NCBI GenBank assembly: GCA_963422375.2 | Contig: OY729427.2 | Location: 1,632,001 to 1,696,000 of the forward strand | Reading direction: 5' to 3' | Source of the DNA: Bryobacterales bacterium | GTDB lineage: Bacteria; Acidobacteriota; Terriglobia; Bryobacterales; UBA6623 | Length of the DNA: 64,000 bases | Shown here: piece by piece, positions 55,202 through 64,000 of the stretch | Layout of the letters: each line of letters starts with the position of its first letter | Position numbering within the stretch: the first letter of the stretch is position 1 | The notes under the pieces: model-generated | What the model was told of the DNA's origin: nothing | What the model saw: only the letters and a program-made list of their open reading frames with translations | Database searches by the model: none | Program-made: the position numbers and the translations under genes

Positions 55202-56068
55202 GTGGCACCAAACGAGCGCATCAACAGGGCCGCCGTCCAAGCACACCAGCCTGTCTTCATACTGGGAAGTCACAGATCTGGTACAACGCTTCTGAGATAT
55301 CTCCTTGATAGTCACGACAATATTGCATGCCCACCAGAGACTAAGTTCATTGCAGGACTACATGCGGCCATGTCCTATCCACAAGTACAGAGTGCATTGA
55401 ATGGCTTGGGTACTACAAGGCAGAGATTCTATCACCACCTGCGAGTCTTGATTACAGCAATTCTTACTGATTACACAATAAGCAAAAATAAGAAGCGATG
55501 GATTGATAAGACACCAAATTATTTCCGCTATATCGAATTTATAGATGAACTATTTTCTGCCCAAGCTCTGTATATCATTATAGCCCGTCATCCGTTTGAT
55601 ACAGCTGAATCTCTACGTCAATTCTCCCGACGTCTGCTTGTATCGGATTCACCCGATCCTGAGTTAATCCGTGCCGCCAAGCGATTCGGTACTGGACGCT
55701 ATGGATGGTTGAAACATTGGGCGGATGTTTATGACCGGCTACTTGCGTTTTCGGCAGGTTGCGAAGACCGTTGTATTGTGATCAAGTATGAGGACCTCGT
55801 CAACGATGCTTCGCCAACATTGGCCCGTGTGCTAGAGTTCATAGGCGAATCGCCTTGCGATGACCTGATTGAGCGTGCATTTTCGTTGCCTCACGATGGA
55901 GGATACGGAAGATATCAAGATCCGACTATCCTTACTAAGACACGAATTGAGAAGGGAAGTGTCGGTAAGTGGAGGGCATGGCCCTCATCCGAGTGCAGAG
56001 TTTTATGGCCGATTGTCGCATCATTGGCAGACAGTCTCGGCTATTCTTCCCCTGAGCTGGGTGGTTAG
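55202..56068 (+). CDS. PAPS-dependent sulfotransferase (Sulfotransfer_3/TPST-like)
   Basis: FILGSHRSGTTLLRYLLDSH (5'-PSB), CPPET, DKTPNY, RHPFD..S, YEDLV, GKWR; AT-rich. Confidence 0.9.
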   Translation: MAPNERINRAAVQAHQPVFILGSHRSGTTLLRYLLDSHDNIACPPETKFIAGLHAAMSYPQVQSALNGLGTTRQRFYHHLRVLITAILTDYTISKNKKRWIDKTPNYFRYIEFIDELFSAQALYIIIARHPFDTAESLRQFSRRLLVSDSPDPELIRAAKRFGTGRYGWLKHWADVYDRLLAFSAGCEDRCIVIKYEDLVNDASPTLARVLEFIGESPCDDLIERAFSLPHDGGYGRYQDPTILTKTRIEKGSVGKWRAWPSSECRVLWPIVASLADSLGYSSPELGG

Positions 56069-56114
56069 AGCACCTTGCATTCACAATCATTTTCAACTTG
56101 GAGGGATACCGGCA

Positions 56115-56807
56115 ATGATTGTGCATGATCTTAGTTGCGTCTTTGTACACGTTCCAAAGACTGCCGGTCAAAGCATTGAGCAAGTATTTCTTGATCTGGC
56201 CGGTCTGACGTGGTCAACACGGGCACCCCTCCTATTGAGATATAACGAGTTCCCCCAGTTGGGACCCCAGTCACTTGCACATCTCACAGCCGAGGAATAT
56301 ATTATATATAAATATCTTTCTCGCGCTCAATTCAAGAGCTATCTTAAGTTCGGATTTGTTCGCAATCCTTGGGATAGAGCAGTTTCGGAATATTACTACC
56401 GGAAGTTCGACATGAAGTTTGACTTTCGTCAGTTTCTGTTAGATTACATTCCTGCGATGGATTTGAGCAATCTGTATCTTGACTCACACCGACACATCAT
56501 TCCTCAGGCTAGGTTTCTATATGATGACAATGGTGTAAAGCTAGTGGACTATATTGGCAGATTTGAATTCCTTGACCGTGATTTCGCGAGAGTCTGTGAC
56601 TTAGTTAAGATCGAACGAAAGACATTGCCACACCGCAATCGGTCAGCTCCAGTTAGACCATCGTCATCTAATTCGATTCATACGGATTCTCTCCACTCCT
56701 GTCTATCTCGTGTGGAGTTTTATCGATCACACTATGACAAGGAATGTCGACAATTTATTAGAGATTTCTACGAAGACGATATCACGCTGTTTGGATATCG
56801 TTTCTAG
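56115..56807 (+). CDS. Sulfotransferase family 2 protein
   Basis: FVHVPKTAGQSI, FVRNPWDRAVSEY, PQ, IGRFE, D..LFGY; GGAGG upstream; AT-rich. Confidence 0.88.
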   Translation: MIVHDLSCVFVHVPKTAGQSIEQVFLDLAGLTWSTRAPLLLRYNEFPQLGPQSLAHLTAEEYIIYKYLSRAQFKSYLKFGFVRNPWDRAVSEYYYRKFDMKFDFRQFLLDYIPAMDLSNLYLDSHRHIIPQARFLYDDNGVKLVDYIGRFEFLDRDFARVCDLVKIERKTLPHRNRSAPVRPSSSNSIHTDSLHSCLSRVEFYRSHYDKECRQFIRDFYEDDITLFGYRF

Positions 56808-57052
56808 TTGGCGACTCGTTCTACTGGAAAGCGCTACGGGATGGATCGGCCTCACCCCTCATAGCCGCGGACGGACGCAGTAGCGGTCCCGCTGCGAGGT
56901 GATGTGCGAACAAGGGCTCTGCCGCAGGGGCCGGAGCAACTCCTGTACAAGTTAACGCGGACACCCGGACGGCGGGAGACGCTCGGCCGACATGGCAGAA
57001 CCTGCCTCCGAGCAGCCCTGCCCGATCTAGGAAGGACACAGGGAACACACCC

Positions 57053-57210
57053 ATGGCATCGAAGAACAGGCCCGCCTCCAAGCAGCAGGGCAAGGAGGCG
57101 GCCGTGATCGGCATCGACATCGGTGATTACAGCGTCCACAGGGTCGGCGTGGACCGGCACCGCGAGCCGCTGGTCAGGGGGAAGCTCGGACACGGGGTGC
57201 GATTGATCCT
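57053..57210 (+). mobile_element. IS110-family recombinase N-terminal remnant
   Basis: VIGIDIGDYSVHRVGVDR resembles the first DEDD motif; truncated. Confidence 0.55.
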
Positions 57211-57252
57211 CCAAAGTACGTCAAGCCCTGCGTCAGCCGGACAAGACCGACC

Positions 57253-59049
57253 CAGCGGTTCTAGATTTGGCCATCAAGGTCGTGGGTGAACGTTGTTTCG
57301 GAGGATGAGGTGAACAAGTTGACCGAGAGGTCGCGCTACTGAGGCCGCCCCGAGGGAGCGTCGGATGGCTGGCAGGCCTGTGTCGCGACCCCGCGACGGG
57401 ACCGCTTGGTGCCGGGCCCGCGGCCGGACGCACTCCGGCGGTAGCCGGCTGCCGGCAGCGCTACGGCTACGAGCCCCTGCTCGTGGAGACCTTCGTCGAC
57501 CGCCGGCGCCATGCCGGCACCAGCTTCAAGGCCGCCAACTGGATCCATGTCGGCCGCACCGCCGGCCGCGGGCGCTGCGCCCCGACCGGCACCACCGTGC
57601 CCGTCAAGGCCGTCTTCCTGTATCCCCTGCGGCACGACTGGCGCCGCCAGCTGGGCGTGCCCGCGCCCCCGCCCGTGCCGGACCTCGCCGCCGGGCCGGA
57701 CCGCGATAGCTGGGCCCGGCGCGACAGCTGGGCCCGGCGCGAATTCGGCGGGGCTCCGCTGGGAGATGTACGCTGGAGCCGCCGCCCGGTGCAATGCGCG
57801 GCCGCCATGGCCGCCGCGCCGCGGGCCTCGTTCGTCTCCGCAGCCCAGTCCAACGGCGCCCTGATGAAAGCCTGCTGCCGCATGATCGACCAGCCGGCCG
57901 AGGCCGCCATCACGCCCGCCAGCATCCTCGCCCCCTGCCGGGCGTGCCGCTGATCCAGTTCGAGGCCCCGGACGGCCGGGCCGACAAGCACAAGCCGGCC
58001 GAGCTGCGCAAGACGCAGCGCTGGGTGCGCGGGCTGCAGGACACGCCGAGCTGGCCGGGCAGCTGCGGGGGACCCGGCCGGTCGCGGTCATGGACCGCGA
58101 CCGGCCGGGTTCGAGCCGTGCGCCGAGCGCCGGCGGCTGGACGGGATCGACCTGCTGGTGCGGGCCAGGCACAACCGCAGTCCCGGCAAGGCCCGGCCGA
58201 AGCTCTTGGACTGCCTGCGCGCGGCCGAGGTGGCGCTGCGCTGGCAGACGGTCCCGCTGCCGGCGCCGGCCAAGGGACCCGAGCGCGGGAGCGAGCCGAT
58301 TCGCCTGAGCACGGTGCACGTGCGGGAGGACGCGGCCCCGGACGGCGCCGTGCCGCTGGAATGGTTCCTGCTGGCGAGCTTGCCGGTGCGGACGCGCGCG
58401 GACGCGGAGCGCATCCTCGTCTGGTATCGCCTGCGCTGGCGCATCGAGGACTGGCACCGGGTGCTCAAGTCCGGCTGCCGGGCGGAACGCCCCGGCCATC
58501 GCCGCGGCGAGCGGATCGAGCGGGCGGTCACGATCAAGGCGGTGATCGCGTGGCGCCTGACCGTGATGACGCTGCCGGGCCGGGACACGCCCGAACTGCC
58601 GCCGCGCGATCTGTTCTCCGATGCCGAGCTGCGGGCGCCGGCGACTTCGCCAAGGCTCGCCCGCTGCCGGCACCCGACAACCTAGGGCGCGCGGTGCTCA
58701 CCACGGCGATGCTCGGCGGCTGTCTCAACCGCAAGCACGATCCCCCGCCCGGGCACGAGGTTCTCTGGGAGGGCTACACGCGACTCGCTACGGCCATGCA
58801 GACGTACGAGCGGCTGATCGGCCTGGACCAAGCCAGAAACTTGCACCGAAACCTGCCCTCAACCAAGACTCATGGGTAAAAGGCAGCCCGCGGCAGCCGG
58901 CTACCGCCGGAGTGCGATCGGCCGCGGAGTCGGCACTAAGCGGACCCGCTCTGGGGGACGCGCTAGCTCGACCTCTCGGTCAAGTGGTTCATCTCATCCT
59001 CCCAACCAGCGTTCACGCACCACCTCAATGGCCAAAGTTGGCATCGCTG
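57253..59049 (+). mobile_element. Deleted DUF4338-IS4 transposase bracketed by two inverted copies of the ~200-bp end module
   Basis: CAGCGGTTCT at 57253; YGYEPLLVETFVD..GTSFKAANW; Tn5-type C-terminus; ends GCATCGCTG at 59049; several frameshifts. Confidence 0.8.
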
Positions 59050-59062
59050 CCCACCGGAACAA

Positions 59063-59300
59063 CCGTAGCGGCCATTAGGCACAAGGAGCTGCGGAAGGTG
59101 GAGCGTTGCTTCCGCGAGTCGCAGTTGCTGCTGGGGACACGCCCGGTCAATTACTGCACGGACAAAGCCGCCCGGGGCACGTGAGTGCATGCGAATACGC
59201 AGGAGGTGCTTCGGAATCCATGCTGCGTGCGTATTGGATGTCTTTGCCCCAAGACGGAGTGATCAAGGCGGAGATCCTGCAGAAAGTCACCGTTGATCTA
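59063..59300 (+). mobile_element. IS1634-family transposase remnant
   Basis: HKELRKVERCFRESQLLLGTRPVNYCTD..RGHV resembles the IS1634 VExxFR..RP...IRGHV region. Confidence 0.55.
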
Positions 59301-60866
59301 CTAGCCCGGCCGAGTTCCTCGCGTCCTGTCATAAGCTGCAAATGCAAGAACCAGCGGGATGGCAAGAAGAAATAGGATCGAATACTGACGGAACATCCGC
59401 GTAAGAGCCAAGGATTGAGCCTGTACTTGCAACAAGTTGAGAAGCCTCTCGTATCGACTCAACCACTGAGTTTGATTTGGGTCTCGAAGAAAAGGGTAGA
59501 AAACTATAGCGGGTCGATTATGGCTGCTAATCTGGTCTCCTAGATCGCTGATGATGCGTCGGACCGAACGATACAGGAGAGAAATCGATATAGCAATGCC
59601 CGAGCCACCTCCAAGATTTCTAATCAATGTAAAGATGCTCGTTGCATCCTGCAATCGCGATTTTGGCACTGAACGCATGGAATATGTCGTAAGTGGAACC
59701 CACAGAAGCGAAAATGCGAAGCCCTGTAGCAATTGCGGCCACAAGAAGTCTTGGGGACCGGCGTCGAGCGAAAGATTCGATAAGCTAAAGAGCGTCCACG
59801 CCCCCAGTGCCATCCCTGTACATATGAGCGTCCTCGGACCGACTGGCCCAAGAATCCGCGCGACGACAAACAATCCACAGAGAGTACCTAGGCCTCGAGG
59901 AGCGAGCGCCATCCCAGCCTGCAACGGAGGATACTCGAGCACAACTTGCATCCAAAATGGAAGCAAGAGTAAGCTCCCATAGAATACCGAACTTAGGACA
60001 ATCATCAATAGACAGCCAAGCGCGAAAGACTGACTTCTCAATACACGAAGATCAACCACGCTAGACGGGGTCTGCCATTCATGTAGGACAAACAATAGAA
60101 ACACTGTACCACTAACCAAGAACAATCGAATTATGTATAAGGAATCAAACCAATTCTCATGATGGCCAAGAGTAAGAGCCAATTCCAGTGGGGCCACCCA
60201 CGCAACAAGTAGGACAAATCCAATCCAATCCAACTGATTATCCTGCGACTGGCGAATCTGAACATCTGACGCGACTAGAGAATTTAATATGAGGGACAGA
60301 ATGCCTAATGGAAAATTGATAAAAAAGATCCATCTCCAGCTATAGTTCTGAAGGATCCAGCCTCCAACGACTGGTCCCAACAATGGTGACATGACGACCC
60401 CAATACCTATGAAGGCCATAGATTTACCGCGAAGATCGATCGGGTACTCTTCGAGTAGCATCGCTTGCGACAGGGGCTGAAGTGGACCGTTTGAAAGGCC
60501 CTGAACGATCCGGAAAATCACTAGACTTAGAAGCGTCGGAGAAAAACCGCACAAGACGGACGATGCCGTGAATGATATGATGGATACTTGTAGGACTATT
60601 CGTCGTCCATAGAGCCGTGCAAGCCACGCAGTAGCCGGAACCGTAATCGCACTTGCAACTAGATATGCTGTCACAACGCCCGTGGACTCTTCAGAAGTAG
60701 ATGATAATGCACCAGCGATATAGGGAAGAGCGATGTTTACGACAGTAGCATCCAATGCGCCCATAAAAATCGTAACGGTAGCCGTAATTGCAAGAATCCA
60801 GAAACTTACCCAGCGCTTCACAGGGCCAGCTATACTCCACATGACTTGGGGTAGGGAATACGACAT
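59301..60866 (-). CDS. DHA2 (EmrB/QacA) MFS efflux permease
   Basis: LDATVVNIALP, YGRR, FRIVQG, GPVVGG..WRWIFFINFPLG, RNLGG; AT-rich. Confidence 0.93.
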   Translation of the reverse strand: MSYSLPQVMWSIAGPVKRWVSFWILAITATVTIFMGALDATVVNIALPYIAGALSSTSEESTGVVTAYLVASAITVPATAWLARLYGRRIVLQVSIISFTASSVLCGFSPTLLSLVIFRIVQGLSNGPLQPLSQAMLLEEYPIDLRGKSMAFIGIGVVMSPLLGPVVGGWILQNYSWRWIFFINFPLGILSLILNSLVASDVQIRQSQDNQLDWIGFVLLVAWVAPLELALTLGHHENWFDSLYIIRLFLVSGTVFLLFVLHEWQTPSSVVDLRVLRSQSFALGCLLMIVLSSVFYGSLLLLPFWMQVVLEYPPLQAGMALAPRGLGTLCGLFVVARILGPVGPRTLICTGMALGAWTLFSLSNLSLDAGPQDFLWPQLLQGFAFSLLWVPLTTYSMRSVPKSRLQDATSIFTLIRNLGGGSGIAISISLLYRSVRRIISDLGDQISSHNRPAIVFYPFLRDPNQTQWLSRYERLLNLLQVQAQSLALTRMFRQYSILFLLAIPLVLAFAAYDRTRGTRPG

Positions 60867-62168
60867 CTAGTCTAACCTCACCTGCGCCGTCACCGACATA
60901 CCGGGGCGCAATATATTGACCGAGTTTCGAGTAGTTTCCACCTTAATTCTAACTGGAATTCTCTGTACGACCTTGACAAAGTTTCCGCTTGCATTCTCGG
61001 GAGGAAGCAGACTAAACTTCGCTCCAGTTGCCGGAGAAATGCTCTCGATCCAGCCAGAGATATCGAGTTCTTCGTAAGCATCGACCTTGACAATAACTGA
61101 TTGGCCTTGCCGCATTCCAGCTATTTGAGTTTCCTTAAAGTTCGCGGTAATCCAAATGTCGTCCAAAGAAACGACTGTGAGCAGTGGTTGGCCCGCTACA
61201 ACAACCTCTCCCTGTTCAACGCTTAGGTGAGTTACGATCCCGGGAACCGGCGACCTTAGCTTCGTACGAGTCAAATTGAATTGTGCTTGGGCCAATTCCG
61301 CTCTTGCAAGCCCCTGCAGTGCCTGCGCGGCTGATAACTCTGATTCACTTAGGTTAAGCTGGTCGGAGACCGTTTCAGCTCGGATTAGTTGAGCACGTGC
61401 TTCGGCAAGAGCAGCTTCAAGGGTTTCCAATTCACTGTTACGTGCTTCGAGACGAACACTTCGGGCCTCCATAGATGCACGTGCGGCCGCCATTCTCTTC
61501 CTTGCGATTTGCTCCAACTCCGTGGCCTCTTGCAGTTGTTGGCGTGATAGAAGACCATTCTGAAATAACCGCCTAGCGGTATTCAGACTTCGAGTAGAAC
61601 CCTCCACAACGACTTGAGCTTCCGCAAGAGTTGCCTTGGACTCTTCGAGCTCTGCAGAGGATTGAAGATGGGAAAGCCGAGCTGTCTCAAGACTATGGAG
61701 GACTCGCTGTACTCTAGATTGCGCCTCCTTGAGAATGGAAGAGGCTCTGATCGATACAAGAGCGATCTCATGCTTAGCTCTCAGGACATTCGATTCGCTT
61801 TCTTGTACCCTTGCATTTGCTTCATCAATGGCCATCCTAAAGGGGATGTCATCGATCTTGAGCAATAAGTCACCAGAGCTAACACGTTGGTTCTCGTTTA
61901 CATGTACCGAGTACACGGTTCCTCTGACTGATGCGCTTATTGCATGAATGCGACCATCAACTTGCGCATTGTCTGTGGATTCAATTGAAGGCCCCAATAC
62001 AATCCATCCAAACGTGGCACAAGCCGCGGCCGACACCACGACAATTAGTCGATTCCGCGTGACCGGACTCACCGTGTGACCTCGGGGTGTCTTGGATCGG
62101 ACCTTGCGGCCATGGCTAGTAATGCTCGCAACGGAGAAGCATATCCTCTCCAGACTTTGATCGGCCAA
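60867..62168 (-). CDS. HlyD/EmrA-family membrane fusion protein (start may lie near 62072)
   Basis: TDNAQV, WITANFKETQ, SPATGAKFSLLPPENASGNFVKVVQRIPVRI, LRPGMSV; stop abuts the MFS ATG. Confidence 0.93.
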   Translation of the reverse strand: MADQSLERICFSVASITSHGRKVRSKTPRGHTVSPVTRNRLIVVVSAAACATFGWIVLGPSIESTDNAQVDGRIHAISASVRGTVYSVHVNENQRVSSGDLLLKIDDIPFRMAIDEANARVQESESNVLRAKHEIALVSIRASSILKEAQSRVQRVLHSLETARLSHLQSSAELEESKATLAEAQVVVEGSTRSLNTARRLFQNGLLSRQQLQEATELEQIARKRMAAARASMEARSVRLEARNSELETLEAALAEARAQLIRAETVSDQLNLSESELSAAQALQGLARAELAQAQFNLTRTKLRSPVPGIVTHLSVEQGEVVVAGQPLLTVVSLDDIWITANFKETQIAGMRQGQSVIVKVDAYEELDISGWIESISPATGAKFSLLPPENASGNFVKVVQRIPVRIKVETTRNSVNILRPGMSVTAQVRLD

Positions 62169-62579
62169 TAGGGTCTGGGCGGAGGTCGTAGGAATACCGT
62201 CATTCGCCGCGAGCGGTCCTGCCCACGTAGCAGGTCATCTGTTGAGGCGAAGCCGCGCGAGAGCAAGTGGGGCGAGCACATGGAATGAGTGACCTATACG
62301 CTTGTGAGATCCGCGCCTCTGCAGCCGCGGGCCCCAGCCGATCTTCAACGACCTCGACTTAGGCGAGGATAGCACACTGTGAAGATACACCTTCCAGGTG
62401 GGTCTGGGGGCAATCAGCGTGGCACTGGGGCGACTGCTTAGGTGCCTCTACGAGTGACTGCGGTTATTGCGGTCGGGCAAGCTGCGTGGCGGAGACCACA
62501 GACTGTGTGCAATCGAGCCCAGCTGGAAGAATCAGTTCTTGCGCTAGGTGCCGGATGGGCGCGCGGCGAGCCCAACGGC

Positions 62580-63000
62580 CACATCCCGCCATCCGCACCT
62601 TGCACGATATGCTCATCGACATCGTCATCAAAGAAGTCGAGCGGCTCGCGAGCGCCCGGATGGCGGGCAACGTTCCGGTCGGTACCGTTGATCGCGACGA
62701 CCACGGCGACGAGTTGCGGGACCAGCCACCCTGGCAGCACCTTACCGCATTCGCCATCGATATCAGGGTGGTGGTCGGCCACCTCGGCGTCAGCGGCTGG
62801 AAGTACGCGGCCGAAGGGGCGCCCTGCGAGCGCAGCTCGACTCGCTAGCACGGCCCCGGGCGCTGCGTTCTGGCCGACGCGCTGCACGCGCAGCGGCAGG
62901 CCGCGGTGAAGAGCGACGTTCTTGGGATCGACTATTCCCTGCAGATCGAGGGCAATCAGCCGACGCTGCGCAGCAACGTGCAGTCAGTGGGAGCGTAGCG
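62580..63000 (+). mobile_element. ISAs1-family transposase remnant
   Basis: VLADALHAQR and DYSLQIEGNQPTL match ISAs1 DAxHxQ and KGNQ motifs; internal stop. Confidence 0.55.
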
Positions 63001-63226
63001 GGACGGATCCGCGGAGCGACGCCTGCCGCCTAGATCCACGGCTGATTCATAGAGTCTTTTCTCCGAAAGCGATAGGCCTTGGAGACACAGCCCCACGGTT
63101 CCGCCCCGGTGAGACGTTTCTACGGCCGGGTGGTTGGATTGACGTCAGGGACCGGCGCGGGGCGCCGTTCGCGCGGGCTTCCCCTTCGCTCGCGCTGAGC
63201 GACCGGGCACCCGGGTTGGCCCCGTC

Positions 63227-64000
63227 CTAGGAGAGTGCCGGCCGCTCAGCCGCTCCGGACCCCGGCTCCAGGGCCGGAGCGGACTCGGCCGGCCGCCACT
63301 TCTCGCGCCCGACCTGCTGTCGCAGCAGCTCCGCCTGCACGCGCCGCGCCACCTCCGGCAGCAGCTCCGCCTTGCGCACCATCCGCAGCCGACGGGACAG
63401 GCTCTTGCGCGCCGTCAGCGCTTCCGGGTCGACGACCGGATCGCGGTAGGGCACGCCGTCGCGCCGTATCGCGAACGCGATGCTCAGGATCTTGTGCCCC
63501 GGCGTCACCACCGCGCGCCCCGTGCCCTGCCGCGCGGCCAGGGCGCGCTTGCGCGGGCCGAACTGCGTGTCCTTGGTGCGCGTCGCCGCGTGGGCGACCT
63601 CGCACGGGATGCGCCGCATGTACGCGTTGCCCTTGCGCCTGCGGCCCCCGCGGCTCTTGCCGGCCGACTCGCGGTTGCCCGGGCACATGCCCGCCCAGCT
63701 CGCCAGGCGCCGAGCCGAACCGGCTCATGTCCGCCCCGATCTCCGCCAGCAGCGCCGTGGCCGCCACCGCCCCGATGCCCGGGTGCGTCTGCAGCAGCGT
63801 CCAAAGCACCTCGCAGTCGCGTCGCACCGTCTCGAGAATGCGCGCTTCCAGCGTCCTGACGGCCTCCTCGGCGGCGTCCGGCAGGCTTGGCAGGAGCGCC
63901 AGCGTCTCGCGCGAGACGTGCTCCAAGCCGCCGTGCAGCGCCTCCGGCAGCTCCGGGATCTTCTGCCGGGCTTTGCCCTTGACGCCCGCCTCCAGCAGGC
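63227..64000 (-). mobile_element. IS110-family recombinase, frameshifted, runs off the window
   Basis: LQTHPGIG..LLAEIGADMSRFGSA, then shifted LASWAGMCPGNRESAGK..GN. Confidence 0.88.

Noticed and set aside
57709..57740. Short tandem repeat (CGCGAYAGCTGGGCCCGG twice) as CRISPR-like
   Set aside because: Local duplication inside a transposase relic with no spacers; no CRISPR array or cas genes were seen in the window.
55202..62168. raxSTAB-like sulfopeptide RiPP locus
   Set aside because: The transporter is an MFS EmrB, not a peptidase-containing ABC transporter, and I found no convincing precursor peptide.

Overview
High-GC bacterial chromosome, probably Acidobacteriota (Bryobacterales/Solibacter-like), inferred from a secreted protein with a TIGR03437-type C-terminal domain. 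Bases 1-22.2k and 35.2-47.4k are mostly housekeeping: hemB, frameshifted yebC, ruvC, parB-parA-rsmG-mnmG with two parS sites, purD, greA, pgsA-like, GH15, argS, alr, FGE-family, CPA2 antiporter, ALDH, tandem ThyX, queA, a PhoB-like regulator plus TonB-dependent receptor behind a Pho-box-like array, and lpdA-lipB-E2. Two accessory regions are dense with mobile DNA. 22.2-35.1k holds two different IS4-type transposases each fused to a DUF4338 (DruA-like) domain, a broken type IIG R-M gene, an ISNCY element with an inverted partial copy, and an AAA-DUF4143 ATPase with an extra domain and a perfect promoter palindrome. 47.7-64k holds an AT-richer, IS-shattered island: SDR, PLP aminotransferase, stand-alone B3/4 tRNA-editing protein, DUF3291 and glycosyltransferase in an operon, two sulfotransferases inside an inverted-repeat-bounded unit, and an EmrAB-type exporter. 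Best novelty candidates are this putative amino-acid-analogue tailoring/resistance/export cluster, the DUF4338-transposase fusions, a shared ~200-bp IS end module, and an apparent A:T->G:C bias in decaying genes. Family calls come from motif recognition by eye, not database searches. No rRNA, tRNA or CRISPR array was recognised.
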